DNA from: Azolla caroliniana
Lineage: Eukaryota; Plantae; Polypodiophyta
Length of the DNA stretch: 19,521 nucleotides
Assembly: GCA_043228905.1 (NCBI GenBank)
Contig: JBHGNT010000599.1
Span: forward strand, 1 to 19,521
Reading direction: 5' to 3'
Part shown: piece by piece, positions 9,751 to 19,462 of the stretch
Numbering within the stretch: position 1 is the stretch's first letter
How the letters are laid out: the number at the start of each line of letters is the position of its first letter
Notes under the pieces: model-generated
What the model was told of the DNA's origin: nothing
Database searches by the model: none
Seen by the model: only the letters and a program-made list of their open reading frames with translations
Translations under genes and position numbers: made by a program

Positions 9751-11670
9751 ATGACAGTTGTTCACGTCATAAACAGGTCTCCCTCGGTCCCATTAGATGC
9801 TGATGTCCCACAGAGGGTGTGCACGGGCAAAGATGTGTCATACCGGCATCTAAGGGTATTTGGTTGCTTATCATATGTGCATGTTGCCAAGGATCAGAGA
9901 GGAATATTGTATCCTAAAAGCCGACCATTTATTTTCTTGGGGTACGATGAAGATGAATTCGATTACCGACTGTGGGACCTAATTGACAAGAAGGTCATCA
10001 AGAGTCGGGATATAGTCTTCATAAGACGGAGAAGACGGGAACATCCTCCTAACCGACCGGAAGAGAACAATCGGATGATATACACACCCAGCTGGCCGAA
10101 AGCCGGATGTTAGCCGAAGAACATAATGGACCAGCAAGATTGCCTGAAAGGCATCTAGAAGTTGGATCCGGATCGTCTGGAAGGCAACCGACTGGATAGG
10201 GATCCAAATTGGACTCGAACTCGGAGCCTGTGTCGAGAAGATTGTGGTTGTGTGTCACAACCGCCGGGGTTCTTTGACTCGGGGATGATCGGGGTGACAA
10301 GGCGTAATTGCAGATGGTGCGATGACAAGAAGCCGAGAAGGCAAGACGCGAAAAGAATTTTATTTGTAAAACAACCGCTTACAATATTTATTTGCCAAAA
10401 GTTACTTGGCAAGACTTGAACTCACGAACCTTATTTGAGAAGAAGCATTTGAGATAGATCACTTCAATCTCTTCGGTTTCTATTTGTTTGTCTTTCTCTT
10501 TCACTTTATACATACTAAATTTGATTACCAAAAGAATCATCAATTATTCTAAAAGGATTCAAACTCATGACCTTTTGTTTACAAAGAGGCATTTGAGACC
10601 CACCACTTCACCCTCTTCCTTTTCTTGTATTTCTTTTCTTTTCTTTAACAATTGTCTTCATTTATGCAGGCCACCATCTTCTTTGGCGAGCTTTGCATCC
10701 CACAGCCACGCGAGCTTCTTGAATCGCTTTTCCTTCTTCATCTTCTCCTTCTTCCCCTTCCTCCCCTTTAGCCACCATGGGCGGGGCTTATATAGGGTGG
10801 TCAACCACCCTACCACCTTTTTGAGGCGGTTGACAAACCACCTCATGTAGGCGGTTGGTATTTTTTTATTTGATTTATTTATTTTTATTTACTATTATTT
10901 TATTTATTGATTCTACAAATTTGATTTTGTAGTTGTACATTTGAGAAATTATAGAAATAGCCCTCATTTAATTTTGACTCCCCCTTTTGACATAATTATA
11001 TTTGTGTCCCAAGTAACATTAATCCTTCTGAAGCTTGTATCTTGGGCTCCTAAACTCCAATTCACGAACCGAAAATTTGCACATGTTCATCGTCACAAGC
11101 TCCATATAGAAAATTTCTTTCTATAGATTTTTGACATTGTTTTGACATCATGAAGCAATAACTTCACGACACCGGTAGAAGAGAATGATGTAGAGCCAAC
11201 TGATGAGAACCAAGGCAGGAGATACCCATTGAGAGACAAAAGGTCCCCGTGTAGATTTTTGGAAAAAGAATATGTTCTCTTAACCGATGAGGGGAATCCA
11301 GAAAGCTTCGAGGAAACTAAGAGAGATGCCCACAGCAAAGAGTGGTTACATGTCATGCAAGTCGAGATGAATTCCTTGTATGAGAACCACACGTACGAGT
11401 TGACTGAGTTACCGGAAAGTAAGAAGGCACTCTAGAATAAGTGGGTCTACAAATTGAAGCTAGGAGAAGGTGGAAATCTACCCCGATTCAAAGCCCGCAT
11501 TGTGGTGGAGGGCTTTTAGTAGAAAAAGGGTGTGGACTTCGATGAAATATGTGCCCGGGTTGTAAAAATGACATCCATAAGGATGGTGTTGAGCATAGCC
11601 GCTAGCGTGGATCTAGAAGTGGAGAAGTTGGATGTCAAAACTGCTTTTTTGCATGGAGATTTGGAGAAAG
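9751..11670 (+). mobile_element. Truncated Ty1-copia pol fragment (integrase C-terminus, linker, RT N-terminus), interrupted by a solo LTR
   Basis: VINRSPSVPL...HLRVFGCLSYVHV...FIFLGY...YRLWD...SRDIVF from 9751; then NQGRRYPLR...EMNSLYENHTYEL...NKWVYKLK...VVKMTSIR...LDVKTAFLHGDLE (11172-11670) with stops. Clearly similar to, but not identical with, the element at 12083..19462. Confidence 0.88.
10231..11171 (-). mobile_element. 941-bp solo LTR inserted in the copia integrase-RT linker
   Basis: Termini TGTCGAGAAG / CTTCACGACA (9/10 inverted match). Flanks CCTG / CCGG form an imperfect TSD. Removal restores the host frame DSNSE-PVEENDVEPTDENQGRRYP. Minus-strand CCTATATAAGCC near 10786-10797 gives the orientation. 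Confidence 0.72.
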
Positions 11671-11671
11671 A

Positions 11672-12082
11672 TGATCGATTTGGCCAACTGACACCAGGTT
11701 CTTAGTGATCGGTGGCACATGAAAGACATTCTTCATGCAACCCCTTTGGCCGACATGGCTCAGAGATACATCTCCTATGTGCTCGATGGTGTGGATTGTG
11801 TCGTATCCCAACTATTCAGGCTCCTGTAAGCTCGTGAACCATTCTTCATGGTTCTTCATATGATTAGAGGCACCGAAGTCGAAGTACCACACCTCTTCTT
11901 GCTTAGAGGTGCTTGCTTCCATGGAATTTGAACAATGCTTCAATACAAATGTGGGATCACTTAGCGAACATCCTGTGTTGCAGGCTTAATGAGATCTCTG
12001 TTGGCTTTTTGACTCATTCCTGCCCAAATCAGCCTGCTTCTTCTAGCAATCTTCTTCTCGGTAGCCCTTCTTACAACAATAC
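11672..12082 (-). mobile_element. Older Ty1-copia remnant: gag zinc knuckle and aspartic protease (host of the 12083..19462 insertion)
   Basis: Manual minus-strand translation YCCKKGYREEDC*KK...EVWYFDFGASNHM...HIGDV...KNVFHVPPITKNLVSVGQI, i.e. a decayed CX2CX4HX4C knuckle and DSGAS protease motif. Confidence 0.8.
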
Positions 12083-12604
12083 TGTAGAGTATTAGCGCGG
12101 AATATTGCTCGGTCACAACCGATTCTTGAATCACTTCTATGAGAATGAAGAACACAGAAATGTTTATGTGGAAAACCCAAATAGGGAAAAACCATGGGAG
12201 CCCACGGACTCCAACTATCACTATAGTGGAGAGGTACAATTACAGCCTCGGAGGCAATGACCTCGAGCTCTGCATCATCACCAACCGACGGTTACAACAG
12301 AGTATCTCTTTGTATCTCACACACTCTCTCTCTCTGTCGCTATCTCTATACAACAGTTACAACAGTATGACCACTACACACTCTACACCTTTTAAAGTGA
12401 TTGCCCTAAGTCATATTTATACTTATATGAATTTAGGGCTATTTACAAATATAGCCTCAATAGGCTTGCTCAAAAACATATTTATAGATATGTCTTCTTG
12501 TCCGGTTCTCACCGGTCCCCTCTTGTTCCTGGATCTCTTCCGGCTCTCACCAGGTCCTTTTTATTCATCACCGGATCCCATCCGGAGAGACCAATTTCCC
12601 AACA
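12083..12604 (-). repeat. 3' LTR of the copia element (522 bp)
   Basis: TGTAGAGTATTAGCG...TTTCCCAACA, a direct repeat of 18943..19462. Confidence 0.95.
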
Positions 12605-12615
12605 ATCTCCCCCTT
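12605..12615 (-). other. Polypurine tract of the copia element
   Basis: Minus strand AAGGGGGAGAT abutting the 3' LTR. Confidence 0.9.
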
Positions 12616-15600
12616 CACTCCGGCATGGGATGTCTCGTCAGCCCGATCCGCTTTCAGCACGCGTCCAACTTGTCAGTTGTCAGCACCTTGGTCAGCATGT
12701 CCAACCCGTTCTCCTTCGTGTGGATCTTCGTCAACACAAACTCTTGATCTTCTGTTCTCTCCCGGATCTAGTGGTATCTCCGTTGGATATGTTTCGTCCG
12801 GGAATTGTAGGCTATGTTCTTTGCAAGGTGGATGGCACTTTGACTGTCGTAGTAGAGTCGGTATTCCTCCTGTTGGATTCCTAGCTCTCCGATGAAGTCC
12901 TTCATCCATATTATCTCCTTGCCGGCTTCTACAACTGCCATGTACTCCGCCTCCGTGGTTGACAACGCAACCATCTTCTGCAGCCTCGACTACCAAGAGA
13001 CAGCTCCTCCTGCATAGGTCATGACATATCCGGATGTAGACCGGCTGGTATCCGCATCAGCCGACATATTTGAATTTGTGAATCCGCCAAGTTGGGGATT
13101 ATTGGAGCCGAACCAGAGGCACATACTCGTGGTGCCCTTCAAATACTGGAGTATCCACTTGACTGCGTTCCAATGCTCTCTTCCGGGATTGCTCATGAAC
13201 CGGTTTACCACTCCAACTGCATATCCGATATCCGGCCGGGTACATACAATCACATACATCAAGCTTCCAACGGCAGAGGCATATGGAATCTTCATCATAT
13301 CCATTTTCTCTGCCTTTGTTCTCGACCTTTGTTTTTTGGATAGCTTGCAGTTTCCTGGAAGCGTCGATCCGACCAGTTTCGCGTCCGACATGTTGAACCG
13401 TTGAAGCACCTTTGTCACATACTTCTCATATGACAACCACAACAGCTTCTTCGACCGGTTTCAGATGATGTGCATTCCCAATATCTTTCTTGCCGAACCC
13501 AAGTCTTTCATTGAGAAGGTCCGGTTCAGATCCTTCTTCAGCATCTGAATCTTGTCTTGGTCTCGTCCGACGATCATCATATCATCCACATATAGGAGGA
13601 GTATCAAGAAGTCTCCTTCGTCAAATTTCTTCACAAACATGCAGTGATCAGCCTACGTCTTGTGGTACCCTTGGTCGATCATGAAGGAGTCGAACTTCCG
13701 ATACCATTGCCAGGGAGCTTGCTTCAGTCCGTATAGGCTCTTCTTCAGCTGGCACACCAGGTGCTCCTTTCCTTTCTTCTCAAATCCTTCTGGTTGATGC
13801 ATGTAGATCTCCTCTTCGAGGTCACCATGGAGGAATGCCGTCTTCACGTCCAGTTGCTCTACCTCGAGGTCCATACTTGCCGTTATGCCCAATATCGTTT
13901 GGATGGATGTCATCTTTACTACGGGGGAAAAGATCTCGTCGAAATCTACTCCCTTCTGTTGTTGGAAACCCTTCACCACGATCCAGGCTTTGTATCTCGG
14001 TGGGTTTCCGGCATCTCCCGGTTTCAGCTTGTACACCCACTTGTTCCGGAGTGCTCTCTTCCCTTTCAGCAACTCCATTAGTTCATATGTGTGGTTCTCA
14101 TGTAGGGAATCCATCTCATCCTACATGACACTCAACCACTTGCAGCTGTGCGTGTCTCTCTTTGCTTCTTTGAAGCTTTTCGGCTCTCCCTCATCAGTTA
14201 GGAACACATGCTCTGCATCCGGAAATCTCCAGGGGGCTCTTCTCTCTCGGAGAGGATATCTCCGTCCTTGGTTTCTGAGTACTAGTTCCTCCGTCTGTTC
14301 TTCATCCTCATCCGATTCGGGATCTTGTCTGGTTCCAGTGTCTCCTTCTTCTTCTTCTTCGGTCGGTTCAGTTTCTTGTCGGTAATTGGCTGGTTCGTCG
14401 AGCATCATCCGGTTTTCATCCGGGTATATCCTTTTGTCCGCAAGCCAGTTTTCATTGGATGATCCGGAGTTCGTCACCTTCTTCTCCGACTCCCAATCGG
14501 CAATGGTCTTGTCTTCCATGAACATTATGTCACGACTCCGAAACACCTTTTTGTCGACCAGATCCCACACCCGGTAATTGAACTCATCATCGCTGTATCC
14601 AAGGAATATGCATGGACGGGACTTCGGATCTAGCTTAGCTCTCTTTTCCTTCGCCACATGCACGTATGCAAGACACCCGAACACCTTCAGATGTCGGTAA
14701 GATACATCTTTACCGGTCCATACTTTCTGAGGTGAGTCTCCTTCCAAGGGTATTGAGGGTGATCTATTTATCACATAAGTCGCTGTCGTCAATGCCTTAG
14801 CCCAAAACGTCTTGGGTAACTTTGCATGTGCTGGCATGCTCCAGACTCTCTCCATTATGGTCTGGTTCATCCGTTCAGCCAACCCGTTCAATTCGGGTGT
14901 CTTCGGCACTGTGAATTCGAGCTAGATTCCCTTCGACCGGTAGTTCTCCTCAAATTGCCCCCGATATTCTCGTCAGTTATCTGCTCGAACCGCCTTCAAC
15001 TTCTAGTCGGTTTCTCTTTCCACTCTCGCATGGAGTTCCTTGAAGATGGATAGCACCTAGTCCTTCGTCTTCAACGGTGAGACCTACAGCTTCTGGTTGT
15101 GGTTGTCTATAAACGTCACGAAGTATTACGCTCCGGCATGTGACTTCGTGTCCACTTAACACACATCGGTACACATCAGCTCCAACAGTGCATTCCGTCT
15201 CATCGGTGGCCTTGATCGGAAGGAGGTTCGGTTTTGCTTGCCAGCCAAGCAATCGGTACACTTCTCAAGCTGCATTTCCTTCACTGGAATGAAGTTCGGC
15301 AAGACTCTTTATCCCCTTCTCACTCATGTGATACAGTCTTTTGTGCCATAGCTCACCGACAGTGTGGAATGCTTCATTCACTTCTTCTCGACATATCTGG
15401 GCATTCATCAAGTACAATGTGTTGATCTTACGGGCCCGAGCCAATATTAGACTCCCTTTGCTAATCTTCATAACTCCGTTCCGAATGCTACCCGTGTAGC
15501 CTTCATCCTCTAGCAGGCAGGCTGATATCAAGTTCAGTCGAACCTTCAGAACGTGTCAGACATCCTTAAGCAGTACCTTGCATCCGGTTAATGTCGTCAA

Positions 15601-15616
15601 CATCACATCTCCTATG

Positions 15617-15861
15617 TGTCATGATAACACTCACATCATGCATCGAAAGGATCATGAAACTCACATTATGAATCGAAAGGATTTGAACCCACGACCTTGT
15701 TGTACACATGTCAAATCCTTAACCATTGTATTAACATTCTTATATGTATAGTTTTTAGAATATGAAATCTAATATCATAGGAATATTCTATATTACTCTA
15801 CATTCTAGAATGACCTAGAATATTCTAGAGTGTTCTATACCACTAGAACCTTCTAGAATAC
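15617..15861 (+). repeat. Truncated 5' LTR of the chromovirus (first 245 bp only)
   Basis: Matches 17396..17640 with 8 substitutions (manual count), then runs directly into pol sequence. Confidence 0.92.
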
Positions 15862-15862
15862 C

Positions 15863-17395
15863 ATAACAAATCTTCAAAATTCCACTCTTCTTGATTCCAT
15901 TCGAGATCATATGGCCACTGATGATTTCGCCAAGGATGTTTTGGATCATATCAGCCCGGATCGTGCTTCTTGCTCACGGTCGAACAATCCTCGTAATGAC
16001 TATTGTCAGTTCTATTGGCATGGTGGTTTTCTATTTCGACAAAATCTATTGTATGTTCCTGATGGTCCCCCATGGCTACAAGTTTTACAACATGGCCATC
16101 ACTCACCAATGGCTGGTCATTTTGGAGTTCGCAAGACTCTAGAATTAATTTCTCGACGCTATTGGTGGCCTCACCTTCGTCATTTTGTTGAGGAGTATGT
16201 TCGGAGCTATGATATATGTTGTTGATCAAAGAGTTCTCGTCACCGATCCTATGGCTTACTACAACCACTTCCCATTCCGGAAACTCCTTGGAAGTCTATA
16301 TCCTTGGACTTCATTACTGATATCCCAAATTCAAAAGGTTTTGATGCAATTCTCACAATGGTTAATCTATTTACCAAAATGGCACATTTCTTTCCATGTA
16401 CAAAGTCGATTACTAGTCAAGAGGCGGTTGATCTTGTTATGTGGGAGGTATTTAAGCATCATGGTTTGCCGGATGATATAATTAGTGATCGTGGTCCACA
16501 ATTCATCTCAAAGTTTTGGAAACACATGTTCAAACTTCTCCACATTTCAGTTAAGCTTTCTTTGGGCTAGCATCCCGAAACAAATGGCCAAACTGAGCGT
16601 ACCAACTAGACATCAGAACAATATATTCGTTGTTTCATCAATTATCAACAAGATGATTGGGTTGATTTTTTGCACTTGGCGAAATTCGCTTACAACAACT
16701 CAACCCATTCTTCTACAGGATATTCCCCATTTTTCGCAAATACGGGCTATCATCCTCGGTGGACGATGAATGTGCATCCAGACGTTCCTACCAACCTTGC
16801 TGCCAAGGATCGTCTTAGTCGCCTCCAAGAAATTCAAGCTAACATTCTCCACAATTTGCACGATGCTCAATTTACACACAAGAGGCTTGCTGATCGTCAT
16901 CTTCTAGACTCCTAAAAAAAGTTCCGCATTGGGGATCATGTATGGCTTCTCCAACACAACATCAAGACCACTCGACCTTGTAGTAAATTGGATTACCAAC
17001 GTTTTGGCCCTTACATGATCATTGGTAAGATAAGTGATGCATTTTGTCTTGACCTCCCTCTACACATGCATCTTCATCCGGTGTTTCATGTATCCCTTTT
17101 GGAACCTTATACTACAAGTTCAATTCCGGGCCGTCTTATGACACCCCCCCCACCTGTCGAGTTCTTGGACGGGCCTGAATTTCAAGTTGCTGCCATTCTC
17201 GATTCTAAAATCGTGCACAACAAGCTATATTAGCTAGTCGATTGGCTAGGCTATACCCCCAATGATCGAACTTGGGAACCTGTCGCAAATCTTTCCAATG
17301 CTGCAGAACTCGTCAATGCATTTCATCGCCAATATCCTTATAAACCAGGTCCTAATACAAACCCTACGATCCGTGTCGTCGAAGAAAGGGGATAG
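15863..17395 (+). pseudogene. Gypsy integrase with GPY/F motif and C-terminal chromodomain (in-frame stops, no frameshift seen)
   Basis: One frame: HHSPMAGHFGVRKT...YWWP, YGLLQPLPIP, LDFITD, ISDRGPQF, GQTERTN, RFGPY, HPVFHVSLLEPY, chromodomain EFQVAAILDS...LVDWLGY...RTWEP (17177-17338). TAG at 17393-17395. Confidence 0.92.
17381..17395 (+). other. Polypurine tract of the chromovirus
   Basis: GAAGAAAGGGGATAG immediately before the TGTCA of the 3' LTR. Confidence 0.88.
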
Positions 17396-17866
17396 TGTCA
17401 TGATAACACTCACATCATGCATCGAAAGGATCATGACACTCACATTATGACTCGAAAGGATTTGAACCCACAACCTTGTTGTACACATGTCAAATCCTTA
17501 GCCATTGTATTAATATTCTTATATGTATAGGTTTTAGAATAGGAAATCTAATATCATAGGAATATTCTATATTACTCTACATTCTAGAATGACCTAGAAT
17601 ATTCTAGAGTGTTCTATATCACTAGAACCTTCTAGAATACTCTAGAGATCTTCTAGATTACTCTACATTCTAGGATAACCTAGAATATTCTAGAGTGTTC
17701 TCTATTACTTATAAATAGGGATCTACCACCCATCCCAAACCTAAATTGGTTCAACGCCATTTTGTAGCCTACTCTTTGTAATCCATTTTACACTTCAATA
17801 TAATAATTCTCGTTCAATTATCTCTCTATCTCTCTTTCTCTCTCTTTCTCTCTCTCAGTCTTGACA
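17396..17866 (+). repeat. 3' LTR of the chromovirus (471 bp)
   Basis: TGTCA..TGACA, TCTAGA-rich internal repeats, TATAAATA at 17710-17717, CT-rich end. Confidence 0.93.
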
Positions 17867-18928
17867 CTATGCTGATAATTCGGCATGTCGCTTCATTCCC
17901 CATCCGGACACAACCATGATCACTAGTTGTGTAGGATGAGAAGCATCTCCGGTCCGGTGTCAGGTGGAACGATGCTCCGGAATCGACAATCCACGTTGTC
18001 TCATCGCCGACAAGGTTTAACTCATTCTCTTTGGTGATGAGCATCAGTTCTTCTTCACTTGTTGCGATCTCCGACGTTCCTTTCCGATCTGGGCATCTCT
18101 GGTCTGAACTATTTCGGTCCAAACTTTTCTTCGAATCGGTGGTGCCGGTTTCTTTTTCTTTTCGGAAATGTCGACAGTTCTTCTAGAAGTGTCCCGGCTT
18201 CCCGCAATAGAAGCATGTGGGCCTCCCCCTTGACTTCGACCTTGTCCCCGATTTGTCCCGGTGTTGGGGACTCCGATACCGGCCTCTTCCCCGGTTGTGG
18301 TCATCTTCCGTGACCAAGGCCTTCGGATCGGTTCCAGACTCCCGGTCCTTTCGTCGAGCTTCTTCATCTAGCAAGCTTGATTTTACCCTTTCTAGGGACA
18401 ACTGTTTTCCTTCTGGCCCGGCGTTGCCTAGCATGAAAACTAACGTCTCCCAGCTATCCGGGAGGGAAGCGAGCAAGAGCAATGCGAGTACCTCATCGGC
18501 GAGAGGTACTTCCAACGAGGTTGCTTGATGTATCAGCCCCTGGAAGGCATTCATGTGCTCCGCCACACTGGAGCCATCCTGGTACTGGAGCCTCACTAAC
18601 TTCCAGAATACCAAAACCGGATTGACAACATTCTTGTTCTAGAACATGATGCCGATCTTCTCCCAGAGTTCATGAGCCTTGCTCTCTTCATTGAAATTGT
18701 TGTACATACTCATGTCGATGAAGCACCGAATATACGCCGTCGTCTTCATGTACATCACCTTCCATGTCGCGGCATCGATCTTATCCAATCTCTTGTCCCC
18801 GAACTGAACCGACAACCAAAAATCTTTGACCACCAGCATATCCCTCATCTTCGACTTCCACACTGAGTAGTTGGAGCTGGTGAGCTTGAACATGCCGCCA
18901 AACGATTCTTCCATTTCCTGTGTTTTTC

Positions 18929-18940
18929 GCTCTGATACCA
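18929..18940 (-). other. Primer binding site complementary to initiator tRNA-Met
   Basis: Minus strand TGGTATCAGAGC, 2 nt inside the 5' LTR end. Confidence 0.95.
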
Positions 18941-18942
18941 AT

Positions 18943-19462
18943 TGTAGAGTATTAGCGCGGAATATTTCTCGGCCAAAACCGAGTCTTGAATCACTTCTAT
19001 GAGAATGAAGAACACAGAAATGTTTACATGGCAAACCCAAATAGGGAAAAACCACGGGAGCCCACGAACTCCAACTATCACTATAGTGGAGAGGTACAAT
19101 TAGAGCCTCGGAGGCAACGACCTCAAGCTCTGTATCTTCACCAACCGGCGGTTTCAACAGAGTATCTCTTTGTATCTCGCACTCTCTCTCTGTGTCGCTC
19201 TCTCTATACAACAGTTACAACAATATGACCACTACACACACTACACCTTTTAAAGTGATTGCCCTAAGTCATATTTATACTTATATGAACTTAGGGCTAT
19301 ATACAAATATAGCCTCAATAGGCTTGCTCAAAACATATTTACAGATATGTCTTCTTTTCCGGTTCTCACCGGGTTCCCTCTTGTTTCCGGATTTCTTCCA
19401 GTTCTCACCGAGTCCTTTTTATTCATCACCGGATCCCATCCGGAGAGACCGATTTCCCAACA
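18943..19462 (-). repeat. 5' LTR of the copia element (520 bp)
   Basis: Direct repeat of 12083..12604, adjacent to the PBS. Confidence 0.95.

Larger units (their letters stand above)
15617..17866 (+). mobile_element. Internally deleted Ty3-gypsy chromovirus (Tcn1-like), 2250 bp, nested in the copia protease region
   Basis: TGTCA...TGACA termini, TSD CTATG (15612-15616 and 17867-17871). Removal restores the host frame CRIISI-GDVMLTT. Contains integrase plus chromodomain, PPT and a full 3' LTR. Confidence 0.93.
12615..18914 (-). pseudogene. Copia gag-pol polyprotein pseudogene (multiple stops, a frameshift near 15295, split by the gypsy insertion)
   Basis: ATG 18914 MEESFGGMFKLTSSNYSVWKSKM; knuckle CFYCGKPGHF*KNC; protease WIVDSGASFH; IN LWHKRLYHM / NGLAERMN; RT LDVKTAFLHGDLEEEIYM, LKKSLYGLKQAP; RH STSGY, ALSTTEAEY, RTKHI; TGA at 12617..12615. 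Confidence 0.92.
12083..19462 (-). mobile_element. Full-length decayed Ty1-copia LTR retrotransposon (Tnt1/Tto1-like, Tork-type), 7380 bp including the nested gypsy
   Basis: Two LTRs with TG..CA ends, 5-bp TSD AATAC (12078-12082 and 19463-19467), tRNA-iMet PBS, PPT, and gag-PR-IN-RT-RH order on the minus strand. Lineage assignment is from remembered motif similarity. Confidence 0.96.

Noticed and set aside
12139-12884. 202-aa and 128-aa plus-strand ORFs as an extra antisense retrotransposon gene
   Set aside because: They span the LTR and antisense RNase H, and the homologous region of the other LTR is not open in one frame.
15672-15740. Functional tRNA gene in the gypsy LTR
   Set aside because: Acceptor, anticodon and T stems pair poorly; retained only as a tRNA-like promoter module.
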